The translations under genes and the position numbers were made by a program. Positions 30,923-40,238 of a DNA stretch of 64,000 nucleotides are shown here, piece by piece. Under the pieces are notes generated by a model that was not told where the DNA came from, made no database searches, and saw only the letters and a program-made list of their open reading frames with translations. How positions within the stretch are numbered: position 1 is the first letter of the stretch; each line of letters starts with the position of its first letter. The stretch comes from a virus. The DNA is taken from IMG/VR virus record IMGVR_UViG_3300042348_000780; one strand, given 5' to 3'.

Positions 30923-30930
30923 CATAAATA
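30923..30930 (+). promoter_or_regulatory. Late promoter variant CATAAATA upstream of gp3
   Basis: One mismatch to consensus; directly after the terminator and 5 nt before the ATG at 30936. Confidence 0.6.
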
Positions 30931-30935
30931 ATAGT

Positions 30936-31502
30936 ATGTTTAATCCAGCAAATATACCAGCTTCTGTGAAGGCAAATTTGCCTGGTGATTTTTATTCATC
31001 AAATCCATCTATACCAGTAAATACAAACTTTCTTCTACAGAATAGATTTGTATTTACATTGAGTAGATGCCCAACAATGAGTTATTTTCTTCAACGAGTA
31101 AATTTACCTTCTTTGAGTATTGGTATATCACCGCAGTCTAACCCAACACCAATAGATATACGTCTAGCTGGAAATAGATTTCAATTCGAAGATTTACAGG
31201 TTAGTTTTCCAGTTGATGAATATATGATGAATTATAAAGAATTGTTCGATTGGATGAAGGGTTTGGCCCCATACACAGATAATGTAGAGGAATTAAAGGA
31301 TATACATAAAACATCTGATGCTACATTGGTTATTTTGAACAGTCAATATAATCCAATTATCACATATAAGTTTTATAATATATTTCCTAGTTTTTTATCT
31401 GGATTAGATTTTGATGTTACTTTAAATGATACTGATGTTGTGATTGCCTCGGCAGTATTTACATATACACACTTTGATATTTTTGAAGATAAGACTTTAT
31501 AA
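30936..31502 (+). CDS. gp3: Tail tube terminator / tail completion protein gp3
   Basis: NFL..N.F.F.L...P; VNLPSLS; F.VDE.M.NY.E.FDW; SDATL.IL; FP..LSGLDFD; conserved position after gp23. Confidence 0.85.
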   Translation: MFNPANIPASVKANLPGDFYSSNPSIPVNTNFLLQNRFVFTLSRCPTMSYFLQRVNLPSLSIGISPQSNPTPIDIRLAGNRFQFEDLQVSFPVDEYMMNYKELFDWMKGLAPYTDNVEELKDIHKTSDATLVILNSQYNPIITYKFYNIFPSFLSGLDFDVTLNDTDVVIASAVFTYTHFDIFEDKTL

Positions 31503-31503
31503 T

Positions 31504-31938
31504 ATGACACTAAATGATATTAAAAAAATGGTAGAGGATGATGTCCTCATTGATAATACAAGTTTAGATCACGAAGCCTCGGTTGTTCCTCAACAACATA
31601 ACAAATATCTTTGTATATTGTCTGATGAAAAACTAGTATTGGCTAAGTTTGAAACAGATTTAAATGTTCTAAAAAGAAATAAATGGCTATATTACTCTGG
31701 AAAATTGAGTGAAGAACAACTGCACGATTTAGGTTGGGAACCATTTGAATTAGCACTAATACGTCAAGATTTAGATAAATTTATTGACAGCGATAAAGAT
31801 GTAATTCAACTTGAATTAAAGGTAACTATGCAAAAAGAAAAAGTCAATTATCTAGAAAGTGTAGTTAAAATTATTTCAAACAAAATTTGGTCTATTCGAG
31901 CATCAATCGAATGGATTAAATTTACTCAAGGTGTATAA
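31504..31938 (+). CDS. uvsY: Recombination mediator UvsY
   Basis: D..ID...LD.E...P..H.KY; KW.YY.GK; YLE...K.I..; W.KF..G. Confidence 0.9.
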   Translation: MTLNDIKKMVEDDVLIDNTSLDHEASVVPQQHNKYLCILSDEKLVLAKFETDLNVLKRNKWLYYSGKLSEEQLHDLGWEPFELALIRQDLDKFIDSDKDVIQLELKVTMQKEKVNYLESVVKIISNKIWSIRASIEWIKFTQGV

Positions 31939-33407
31939 TGTTAAAGATTCATAAGGTCGATGAAGTATATTTGAAAATCGACTGTGAGCCTTCGATTGCG
32001 AAAGAGCTTTCTGGATTTTTTACATTTAAAGTACCAAATCATCAGTTTACACCAGCATATAAAAAGAAAAAATGGGATGGTACGATTAAATTATTTAATT
32101 TAGCAGCCCAGACGATATATGTTGGATTGTTGGATTATATTGTAAAATTCTGTGAAGAACGTATGTACAAATACGAAATACATGGAATTGAAATTAAAAA
32201 AATAACAGAGACTGATATAAGGGAATGGTTGAATAAACAAAAGATTTATTCTGGAGGCAAGGAGATTATTCCACACGCCCACCAAATAGATGCTGTCATT
32301 CATGCTCTTACAAAGAATCGAAGTCTCCTGCTGTCTCCTACTGGCTCTGGTAAGTCATTAATCATATATCTCACACTTAAGTATCTTTTAGATCATAATG
32401 AAAATAGTAAATATTTGATTATTGTTCCTACCACTGGTCTTGTTACTCAAATGGCTGGTGATTTTTCAGATTATTGTAATCATGATAAGAACATCTTGAG
32501 ACAAATACATACAATATTTCAAGGAAAATCAAAAGAAATAAATCGAAGGATTGTGATATCTACATGGCAAAGTATATACAAGGAGCCAGATTCATTTTTC
32601 AAGAACTTTTATGGTGTCTTTGGGGATGAAGTTCATCTTTATAAAGCAAAATCTTTATCGACCATGATGAAAAAATGTAAGAATTGTGTTTTCAGAACTG
32701 GAACAACTGGTACATTAGATAATACCCAGGCTCATAAATTAATGATTGAGGGATTATTTGGTAGATGTTTTTCTGTAACTACAACTAAAATATTAATGGA
32801 TGATAAAATCTTATCAAATTTAACTATCCATTCAATATTATTAAATTATGATACTAAAGAATATCAAGATATTAAGAAGTGCAGCTATCAACATGAAATG
32901 GAATGGCTCATTACTAATACGAAAAGAAATAATTTTATCTGTAATTTGGCCAATAATATTCCTGGTAATGTTCTGGTTCTATTTAATTTTGTTGAAAAAC
33001 ATGGTATACCATTGTTCAATCAATTAAATAAGTCTAAAACTAAAGATACATTTATGATATATGGGAAGACTGATATTGAACAACGAGAATTGATTAGAAA
33101 TATCGTTGACAAGCACACAAATAGTATTCTTGTTGCATCTTATGGTACTTGTAGTACTGGTATTAATATTAAAAACATAAATGCAATTATATTTGCATCT
33201 CCATCAAAATCCGTCGTAAGAATATTACAATCTATTGGTAGAGGTCTTCGTAAATCAGACAGAAAAGATAAGGCTACTGTGTTCGATATTGGTGATAATT
33301 TATCATGGAAGTCATACAGAAATCACACCCTCAGACATATGGATGAGAGGCTTGACCTATATACTAAAGAGAAGTTTACGTTCGATATCAAGAACATAAG
33401 ATTATAG
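31938..33407 (+). CDS. uvsW: DNA/RNA helicase UvsW
   Basis: SPTGSGKS; VPT..LV.QM; STWQS; DEVH; TGT; STGINI; LQSIGRGLR. Confidence 0.96.
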   Translation: MLKIHKVDEVYLKIDCEPSIAKELSGFFTFKVPNHQFTPAYKKKKWDGTIKLFNLAAQTIYVGLLDYIVKFCEERMYKYEIHGIEIKKITETDIREWLNKQKIYSGGKEIIPHAHQIDAVIHALTKNRSLLLSPTGSGKSLIIYLTLKYLLDHNENSKYLIIVPTTGLVTQMAGDFSDYCNHDKNILRQIHTIFQGKSKEINRRIVISTWQSIYKEPDSFFKNFYGVFGDEVHLYKAKSLSTMMKKCKNCVFRTGTTGTLDNTQAHKLMIEGLFGRCFSVTTTKILMDDKILSNLTIHSILLNYDTKEYQDIKKCSYQHEMEWLITNTKRNNFICNLANNIPGNVLVLFNFVEKHGIPLFNQLNKSKTKDTFMIYGKTDIEQRELIRNIVDKHTNSILVASYGTCSTGINIKNINAIIFASPSKSVVRILQSIGRGLRKSDRKDKATVFDIGDNLSWKSYRNHTLRHMDERLDLYTKEKFTFDIKNIRL

Positions 33408-33415
33408 GAGGAGCA

Positions 33416-34132
33416 ATGAATTGTAAAATACTCAAATTGAGCAATGGCGAAGAATTAATTGCCGACGTTCAAGAAGACTCCGAAAAATACATAGTAAACA
33501 ATCCGATGGTATTTTTAACAACCACTATGTCCGATGAAAATGGACTTGGTGTAGATGTTACTTTTATGAAGGATTGGTTAAATAATAGTGATATAAAAAC
33601 TATTGAATTAAGTAAAGATAGAGTCGTGGCAATAATTGATGCTAGTAAGAAATGTGTACGTCATTATACTCTTGAAAAAGAGAAAAATGAAAATGAAGAA
33701 AAATTGAAAAATAATCTTTCTGAACAAGAAATAGAACAGTACATGAAAGATGTTGATGCTATTATGGAACAGATATTCAATCCATCATTCTCTGGAGATG
33801 AGATTCCTTTTGAAGATGAAATTCCATATGAAGAAATTGAAAGAGAAGAAAAACGACGCAGAAAGCGTCGTAAGCGTAAGAAGAATATAGAAAATAATAT
33901 TATTCCTAAAGAATTTCAGGATAGACCAATGATTTATTTGAATATGGTAATTCCACCTGAAGCAATTATGAATCTAATTTCTGCTGGTATACTAGATCCA
34001 GAAATGATTCAAACTATGATTGATCAGGTAAAGAAGAAAGCAAAATTTACTGGTGATGAGAAAACTCGTAAAGATTTTGGTAACAAGTTTAGTGATTGGA
34101 ATCCAGATCCCAAGTCAGATGATTATCTCTAA
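33416..34132 (+). CDS. Hypothetical protein with an Sm-like N-terminal domain (usual uvsW neighbour in T4-like phages)
   Basis: KILKLSNGEELIADV...NNPM; strong AGGAGG RBS; basic KRRRKRRKRKK patch. Confidence 0.65.
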   Translation: MNCKILKLSNGEELIADVQEDSEKYIVNNPMVFLTTTMSDENGLGVDVTFMKDWLNNSDIKTIELSKDRVVAIIDASKKCVRHYTLEKEKNENEEKLKNNLSEQEIEQYMKDVDAIMEQIFNPSFSGDEIPFEDEIPYEEIEREEKRRRKRRKRKKNIENNIIPKEFQDRPMIYLNMVIPPEAIMNLISAGILDPEMIQTMIDQVKKKAKFTGDEKTRKDFGNKFSDWNPDPKSDDYL

Positions 34133-34173
34133 GATCTTGAAGAAACCTAGTCTTCCTTATACCAGACAAAGTA

Positions 34174-34202
34174 ATTATAATTATCTACTGAAAACGTGTC
34201 AA
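34174..34202 (-). promoter_or_regulatory. Perfect sigma70-type promoter on the minus strand (TTGACA-17 bp-TATAAT), antisense to the upstream operon
   Basis: Plus strand shows attata at 34174-34179 and tgtcaa at 34197-34202, with a 17-nt spacer. Confidence 0.7.
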
Positions 34203-34223
34203 GAGCAATCTTGACATTTTTTT
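34191..34223 (+). terminator. Rho-independent terminator before gp55
   Basis: tgtcaaga-GCAA-tcttgaca followed by a T run and preceded by an A run. Confidence 0.7.
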
Positions 34224-34232
34224 AAATTAATA

Positions 34233-34261
34233 TTGAAAGTATATCGAATATGATGTATAAT
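34233..34261 (+). promoter_or_regulatory. sigma70-type promoter for gp55 (TTGAAA-17 bp-TATAAT)
   Basis: TTGAAA at 34233-34238 and TATAAT at 34256-34261. The predicted +1 falls on the in-frame ATG at 34268. Confidence 0.65.
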
Positions 34262-34267
34262 GACGAT

Positions 34268-34810
34268 ATGGAAGAAATAAAAAAAGACAAAAAGTTAAAA
34301 CATTATATAAATAACGAAGAATTTCTAACAGAAATGAATTCTTGGAAAAAGGTTGTGAATAAAGCATTAAAGAAGAAACAACCAATACCACCAGTTACAA
34401 ACTATATTGGTGAATGCTTTATGAAGATTGCTGAACATTTATCCCAAAGACCTAATTTTATCAACTACCCATTCAGGGAAGATATGATAAGTGATGGCGT
34501 TGAAAATTGTTTGCAATATGCACATAATTTTGATGATTCCAAATCAAAGAATCCATTCTCATATTTCACACAAATAATTTATTTTGCATTTCTACGAAGA
34601 ATCGAAAAAGAAAAGAAACAAGCATATATTAAATATAAATGTCTAGAAATGCATAATATAGATGCTAAATTTTCTGAATGGTTAAAGGAACACAACGAAT
34701 CTGCTACATTTGCTGAATTTCTACAGAAAAACTTTTATTTATCAGAGAATGATATAGAAAAGATGGAAAAAGAAACTCAACCAAAGAAAAGAAAACGTAA
34801 AAAGTCGTGA
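34268..34810 (+). CDS. gp55: Late-transcription sigma factor gp55
   Basis: HYINN.EF; YIGECFMKIAEHLS.RPNFINY.FREDMISDG.ENC..Y..NFD..KS.NPF.YFTQI.Y.AFLRRI.KEKKQ. The ORF can be extended to 34250. Confidence 0.96.
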   Translation: MEEIKKDKKLKHYINNEEFLTEMNSWKKVVNKALKKKQPIPPVTNYIGECFMKIAEHLSQRPNFINYPFREDMISDGVENCLQYAHNFDDSKSKNPFSYFTQIIYFAFLRRIEKEKKQAYIKYKCLEMHNIDAKFSEWLKEHNESATFAEFLQKNFYLSENDIEKMEKETQPKKRKRKKS

Positions 34811-35847
34811 AAATTGCAATAATATCAGATACACATTTTGGTCATAAAAACGACTCACTGTTCTTTTTGGAAGAATCACTTAAATTCTTCGAAGAGCAGT
34901 TTTTCCCATATCTACATCAAAATAACATCAAAGATGTGATTCATATGGGTGATTTGATGGATCGCCGTAAGTATGTAAATTTTAATACATTACATCAAGT
35001 AAAAGATAGATTTATTCGATTCTTTGCTGACAATAATATTAATTTACACATTACACTTGGTAATCATGATACATTTTACAAGAATACCAATTTTATAAAT
35101 TCAATAAATGAATTGTTTGGTGATTCTAAGAATATTATTTTATATGATAAACCTACAGAATTACAATTTGATACACTCAAAATTGGCATAGTGCCATGGA
35201 TAACAAATGATAACGAAAATGATTGCTTGGATTTCCTTCAAACTACATCTGCTTCTATACTTGTTGGGCATTTCGAAATCAACGGATTCGAAGTAGTTAC
35301 AAATATCCGTCATTCCTCTGGATCTGATTCAGAGATGTTCAGTAAATTCGACAAAGTATTATCTGGACATTTTCATCTACGTCAATCCAAACAAAATATT
35401 CATTATTTGGGTACTCAATATGAATTGAGTTTTGGTGATGTAAATTCTAAAAAGGGTTTTTCTATTTTAGATACAGATACCAGAGAATTAGAATTCATTG
35501 AGAATACTAGAAAAATATTCAACATTATTAAATATGATGATGTAAATGGATTCGAAAAACCAGATGCAAATAAAATCAAAAATACACATGTAAAGGTTAT
35601 TGTCTTAAATAAGAAAAAACCTAAAATTTTTGATATGCTAATGGATGCATTGGCTACATGTGAATTACAAGAATTGACCGTAGTAGAAGATTTTGAAAAT
35701 AATGATAATGAAGAATCTGAAGTTGATATTACTCAAGATACAATCAGTATCATAGCTTCAGAGATTGATATGAATGAAAATATTATTCATAAAGACAGGA
35801 TCAAGATGATAATTAAAGAATTATACATGGAGAGTATGACATTATGA
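34807..35847 (+). CDS. gp47: Recombination endonuclease subunit gp47 (Mre11/SbcD-like)
   Basis: Metallophosphoesterase motifs DTHFG, GDLMDRR, GNHD, GHFE and SGHFH. Confidence 0.95.
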   Translation: MKIAIISDTHFGHKNDSLFFLEESLKFFEEQFFPYLHQNNIKDVIHMGDLMDRRKYVNFNTLHQVKDRFIRFFADNNINLHITLGNHDTFYKNTNFINSINELFGDSKNIILYDKPTELQFDTLKIGIVPWITNDNENDCLDFLQTTSASILVGHFEINGFEVVTNIRHSSGSDSEMFSKFDKVLSGHFHLRQSKQNIHYLGTQYELSFGDVNSKKGFSILDTDTRELEFIENTRKIFNIIKYDDVNGFEKPDANKIKNTHVKVIVLNKKKPKIFDMLMDALATCELQELTVVEDFENNDNEESEVDITQDTISIIASEIDMNENIIHKDRIKMIIKELYMESMTL

Positions 35848-35969
35848 TTGAAAAATCAGCAGATGAATTTCTATTTGAAAAAGACGAAGAAAAAAAAGTT
35901 GTATTTCGTTCAATGATTGTTCCAGAGAAGGTATTAGATAATGATCATCTTCAAGAAGATAAAGTTTAA
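35844..35969 (+). CDS. Possible 41-aa ORF bridging gp47 and gp46
   Basis: ATGA overlap with the gp47 stop; reads MIEKSADEFLFEKDEEKKVVFRSMIVPEKVLDNDHLQEDKV*; below the ORF-track size cutoff. Confidence 0.35.
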   Translation: MIEKSADEFLFEKDEEKKVVFRSMIVPEKVLDNDHLQEDKV

Positions 35970-37650
35970 AAATTTCGGATCATTCGGTAATAAGTTTACC
36001 GAACTTGATTTGTTAAAATCTCCAACAACTTTGGTGTGTGGAAAAAATGGAAGTGGTAAATCATTTGCATTATTGGATTCGATTACCTTTGCTTTGTTTG
36101 GTAAACCATTTAGAAAAATTAATATTCCACAGCTTCAGAATTCAATCAACACGAAAGAATGTTTAGTTGAATTGTATTTTTCAATTGGATCTGACGAATA
36201 TGTAATTCGTCGTGGTCTTGGTCCAAAATTATTTGAGATAATTAAAAATGGTAAATTAATTAATCAGGATGCAAAAACATCAGATTACCAAGACTTACTT
36301 GAACAGCAAATTATTAAAATGAACTACAAGACATTTACTCAAGTAGTAATTCTTGGTAGTTCATCCTTCATTCCATTCATGCAATTGACAGCGGCTGATC
36401 GTAGATCCGTTATTGAAAATATTTTAGATATTAATGTATTTACAAATATGAATACATTATTGAAGGGTAAGATATTACAAAGTAAAGAAAATCTTAGAGA
36501 ACTAAGTAATAAGATTGAAAATCAAAAACAAAAGATTGATTATCAAAAAATTATTATTAATAAAACAGTAGGATTGTCAGAGGATGAAATCGAAGAATTG
36601 AATAACACCATTCAAAGTAACCAATCCACCATTGATACTCTAAATAGTACTATATCAGAATATCATAATAATAAGATAAAGATTGATGAACAAGATTTAA
36701 TTACTCTAGAAAAAGATTTAGTTAAATTTCAGAGGTTTACTGCTCAGATCTCTCTTAAGATGGCAAATGCCATAGAGGAAAAACAATTTTATGAGAAAGA
36801 AGAAAATTGTTCGAAATGTAAAGGCAAAATTACAGAGGAAACGAAAAAAACTAACCTCGAAGAGATCGAAAAAAATATTAAGCAGTTCGAGGAAGCTAAC
36901 AAGACGTTCGAAAGTCAAATCGAAACGATAACGTCAAGCATCTCTTCCATCAAAGAAAAACTTAAAGCAAATAATAATATTGATGATAAAATCAAAGATT
37001 TAAAGAATCAGATTGCCATAATTAATATGACAATTGAACACGCTAAATCTAAGTTGAAGAAGACAGAAACAAATCAAACCGACATTGTAAAAGAAAAAGA
37101 TAAATTGAATGAGTATAATATTCAATTGAAAATATTTGAAGAAGAAAAGGAATCAAAGAAGGAAGAATATATTCAACTTGAACAAATATCAGATATTCTA
37201 AAGGATAGTGGAGTAAAGGCTAAGATCATCAAGCATTATCTTCCATCAATGAATAAAAATATCAATAAGTATTTAAAATCTATGGATTTCTTTGTTCAAT
37301 TTTATCTAGATGAAAATTTTCAAGAAGTTATCAAAAGTCGAAATCGAGATGAGTTTTCTTACATGAATTTTAGTGAGGGAGAAAAGATGCGTATTGATCT
37401 ATCTCTTCTATTGGCATGGAGGGAAATTGCTAAACTAAAAAATAGTGTTAATTGCAATTTGCTTATCTTGGATGAGGTTTTTGATTCATCACTGGATTCA
37501 GTTGGAACAGATGAAGTAATGAAATTACTAAATACATTAGGTGTAAATTCAAACGTGTTTGTAATCAGTCATAAAGCCGATCAAATAGTGGATAAATTCA
37601 ACCATGTCATTCACTTTGAAAAGAAAAATAATTTCAGTAAGATGATCTGA
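35941..37650 (+). CDS. gp46: Recombination ATPase subunit gp46 (Rad50/SbcC-like)
   Basis: GKNGSGKS; zinc hook CSKC; FSEGEKMRIDL; LILDEVFD; ISH. Confidence 0.96.
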   Translation: MIIFKKIKFKNFGSFGNKFTELDLLKSPTTLVCGKNGSGKSFALLDSITFALFGKPFRKINIPQLQNSINTKECLVELYFSIGSDEYVIRRGLGPKLFEIIKNGKLINQDAKTSDYQDLLEQQIIKMNYKTFTQVVILGSSSFIPFMQLTAADRRSVIENILDINVFTNMNTLLKGKILQSKENLRELSNKIENQKQKIDYQKIIINKTVGLSEDEIEELNNTIQSNQSTIDTLNSTISEYHNNKIKIDEQDLITLEKDLVKFQRFTAQISLKMANAIEEKQFYEKEENCSKCKGKITEETKKTNLEEIEKNIKQFEEANKTFESQIETITSSISSIKEKLKANNNIDDKIKDLKNQIAIINMTIEHAKSKLKKTETNQTDIVKEKDKLNEYNIQLKIFEEEKESKKEEYIQLEQISDILKDSGVKAKIIKHYLPSMNKNINKYLKSMDFFVQFYLDENFQEVIKSRNRDEFSYMNFSEGEKMRIDLSLLLAWREIAKLKNSVNCNLLILDEVFDSSLDSVGTDEVMKLLNTLGVNSNVFVISHKADQIVDKFNHVIHFEKKNNFSKMI

Positions 37651-37651
37651 G

Positions 37652-37975
37652 ATGTTTATAGAAGAAACACCACAAGAACTAAATTTTAGAGGAAAATACA
37701 GGAAATATGATCCTGATGGTTATTATAGTGTATATAATACTGGTGATGTTGTAGAATATCTTGGCAAGAAATATGTTGCCGTAAAACCAACTAAAAATAT
37801 AATACCATTAAATAACACTACAAATTGGAAAGAATTAGAAGTAGCATCTAGATTTTTTAGAGCTGAAGTTGAACCATCTGAAACTAACGAAGGAGATAGA
37901 TGGCTTGATCTCGCAACTGGTATCGTATATACTAGAGTCCGCGATATCAATGGACTTCATTGGGTAGAATTTTAG
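37652..37975 (+). CDS. Small hypothetical protein (Y..GDVV.Y.G..Y motif reminiscent of CBM5/12-like modules)
   Basis: YNTGDVVEYLGKKYVA...W; GDRWLD...WVE. Confidence 0.5.
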   Translation: MFIEETPQELNFRGKYRKYDPDGYYSVYNTGDVVEYLGKKYVAVKPTKNIIPLNNTTNWKELEVASRFFRAEVEPSETNEGDRWLDLATGIVYTRVRDINGLHWVEF

Positions 37976-37983
37976 GAGAAAAC

Positions 37984-38166
37984 ATGTCGAAAAATACAGA
38001 TCGTAATGGTAAGGGCGTTCACAAGCAAACAATGAAAAATATTGATCGTCGCATCAAAGATAAAGAGCGTTCTTCAGAACGTAATGATTTTAAGAATAAA
38101 CTTCGAAGTTATGTTGACGGTAATTTAGAACATCTTGATGAAGATGACCTTGACGACTTTGAATAA
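37984..38166 (+). CDS. Small hypothetical protein, basic N-terminus and acidic C-terminus
   Basis: AGGAG RBS before the ATG at 37984; fills the gap before gp45. Confidence 0.6.
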   Translation: MSKNTDRNGKGVHKQTMKNIDRRIKDKERSSERNDFKNKLRSYVDGNLEHLDEDDLDDFE

Positions 38167-38178
38167 ACTAATTATAAT
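38150..38178 (+). promoter_or_regulatory. sigma70-type promoter for gp45 (TTGACG-17 bp-TATAAT)
   Basis: TTGACG at 38150-38155, TATAAT at 38173-38178, ATG at 38187. Confidence 0.7.
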
Positions 38179-38186
38179 GAGTACAT

Positions 38187-38873
38187 ATGACATCTACAGC
38201 AATTACAATCAGTAAAACAACACTTTCTATTCTCAAGAACTTTGCAAATATGAATTCAAATATTCTTGTAAAGCCTGGGAATGTAATCAAGACAATCACA
38301 CCATCCAAGAGTGGTATGGGAGAGGCAGTTATCGAAGAGACTTTTGATGTCGAATTTGGTATCTGGGATCTTAACAAATTCCTTGGAGTCGTGAGTCTTT
38401 TCAGCAACCCTCAGTTTGAATTTGGTGAAAAGAGTGTAAAGATCATTGGACCGAATAATTCAGTTGTAAATTATTATTATTCGGAACCTCGACTTCTCAC
38501 ATATCCAACGAAGTCAGTAAATATGCCACCAGTTACGGTAAAGACTCGTATCGAAGAAGGTATGTTCAATGAACTTCAGCGAATTTCATCAGTTCTACAA
38601 CTTCCAGATCTTTCATTCCAGAGTGATGGTAGTATTATCTACGCGATCATCTGTGATCTTAAGGATCCAACAAGTAATAGCTACAAGGTAGAACTTGAAG
38701 GTAATGCTGATGGTGCTGAATTTGAACTTAATTTTAAGATGGAAAATATTCGTCTTTTGGCTGGAGATTATGAGATTTCATTTGCAAAGAACGTAGCAGT
38801 TCAATTTGATAATGAAAATCTGAATCTCTCTTATTGGTTTGCAATGGAACCTAACTCACGGTATACTGCATAA
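38187..38873 (+). CDS. gp45: Sliding clamp gp45
   Basis: T.SILKNFA..N.NI..K.G; F.IWDLN.FL; LQLPDL; FKMENI.L..GDY; YW.AME. Confidence 0.93.
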   Translation: MTSTAITISKTTLSILKNFANMNSNILVKPGNVIKTITPSKSGMGEAVIEETFDVEFGIWDLNKFLGVVSLFSNPQFEFGEKSVKIIGPNNSVVNYYYSEPRLLTYPTKSVNMPPVTVKTRIEEGMFNELQRISSVLQLPDLSFQSDGSIIYAIICDLKDPTSNSYKVELEGNADGAEFELNFKMENIRLLAGDYEISFAKNVAVQFDNENLNLSYWFAMEPNSRYTA

Positions 38874-38874
38874 T

Positions 38875-39819
38875 ATGAATAATACTGAATTTCTTTGGGT
38901 CGAAAAATATCGACCACAAACCATTGATCAATGTATTCTCCCATCGTCCTTGAAGAAGACCTTCAAGGACATGGTTGCTAAAGGAGAACCACAAAATCTT
39001 CTATTTTCTGGTACTGCTGGTACAGGAAAAACTACTGTTGCCAAGGCACTTTGTAATGAATTGAATGCAGATTGGATTCTTATTAATTGTTCTGAAGATG
39101 GAAACATCGATACACTTCGAACAAAGATTCGACAATTTGCAAGCACAGTTTCATTTTCTGAAAATTCAAAAAAGGTTGTTATTCTTGATGAGTTTGATTA
39201 TTCAAACGCACAGAGTATTCAACCAGCACTTCGTGGAGCTATTGAAGAATTTTCAAGTAATTGTCGTTTTATTTTGACTTGTAACTACAAGTCACGAATC
39301 ATTGAACCAATTCATTCACGATGTACTTGTATCGATTTTACAATCTCTAACGAGGAACGTCCTTCTATCTGTGCTGGAATTTTGGAACGATGTGAATATA
39401 TTCTTAAAAATGAGAATGTTATTTGTGATAAAAAGGCTTTGGCCAAGCTTATCATGAAGCATTACCCAGATTTTCGTAGAATTCTAAACGAACTTCAGCG
39501 ATATTCTGTCTCTGGTAAGATTGATGAAGGTATTCTTATTAATATTGCTGATAATGAAATCAAGAATCTAATTTCATTTATGAAAAATAAGGACTTCGCA
39601 AATGTTCGAAAGTGGGTTGCAACAAATGTGCATTTGTCAGAAACTGATATTTTTAGAAAGATTTATGATAATCTAAATGCATATCTAGCCCCTATGAGCA
39701 TTCCTGGAGCCATTATTGTTCTTGGGGAGTATCAGTACAAGGCTGCATTTGTGAGCGATCAGGAGATCAATATGGTGGCTTGCTTGGTAGAACTTATGAT
39801 GACATGTGAGTTTATCTAA
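38875..39819 (+). CDS. gp44: Clamp loader large subunit gp44
   Basis: FLWVEKYRP; GTAGTGKTT; ILDEFD; QPALR..IEEF; PIHSRC; PDFRR.LNELQRY. Confidence 0.96.
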   Translation: MNNTEFLWVEKYRPQTIDQCILPSSLKKTFKDMVAKGEPQNLLFSGTAGTGKTTVAKALCNELNADWILINCSEDGNIDTLRTKIRQFASTVSFSENSKKVVILDEFDYSNAQSIQPALRGAIEEFSSNCRFILTCNYKSRIIEPIHSRCTCIDFTISNEERPSICAGILERCEYILKNENVICDKKALAKLIMKHYPDFRRILNELQRYSVSGKIDEGILINIADNEIKNLISFMKNKDFANVRKWVATNVHLSETDIFRKIYDNLNAYLAPMSIPGAIIVLGEYQYKAAFVSDQEINMVACLVELMMTCEFI

Positions 39820-40208
39820 TGGAAATCTTTGATTTTCTCAATAGCATTAATGATAATAAGAAAAATCTAATGAACGTAGATCCTGGTTGCGAGAGGGTTT
39901 ACGTTCCTTATATTATCAATAAATCTTTATCATATTTTCCAGATACTCTTTTTGAGGCAAATATGATGAATTTTTATAATAATATTAGTAAAAAGATGCA
40001 ATATGATTATTATCTTCTGAATATTCGAAAAAAGAAACGATTTAGCAAGTGGCATAAAGAAAAGACCACTGATTCTGATGATATATCAATTATCAAGCAA
40101 TATTACGGATATTCGGATAAAAAGGCAGTAGAAGCCTCCAAAATTCTAACAAAAGAGCAAATAAATCATCTAAAGAAGGCATTAAATACTGGTGGAAATA
40201 TTAAATAA
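39819..40208 (+). CDS. gp62: Clamp loader small subunit gp62
   Basis: F.FLNSIN..K.N; Y.PYIIN.SLS...DT...AN.MN; RKKKRFSKW; YYGYS..KA. Confidence 0.93.
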   Translation: MEIFDFLNSINDNKKNLMNVDPGCERVYVPYIINKSLSYFPDTLFEANMMNFYNNISKKMQYDYYLLNIRKKKRFSKWHKEKTTDSDDISIIKQYYGYSDKKAVEASKILTKEQINHLKKALNTGGNIK

Positions 40209-40216
40209 TATAAATA
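40209..40216 (+). promoter_or_regulatory. Late promoter TATAAATA upstream of regA
   Basis: Exact consensus immediately after the gp62 stop, followed by a GGAG RBS. Confidence 0.6.
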
Positions 40217-40238
40217 TTTAATATTTTTGGAGTATTTA

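Noticed and set aside
31474-31503. TTGATA-18-TATAAT before uvsY
   Set aside because: The -10 box abuts the likely start codon at 31504, so the transcript would begin inside the gene; ambiguous.
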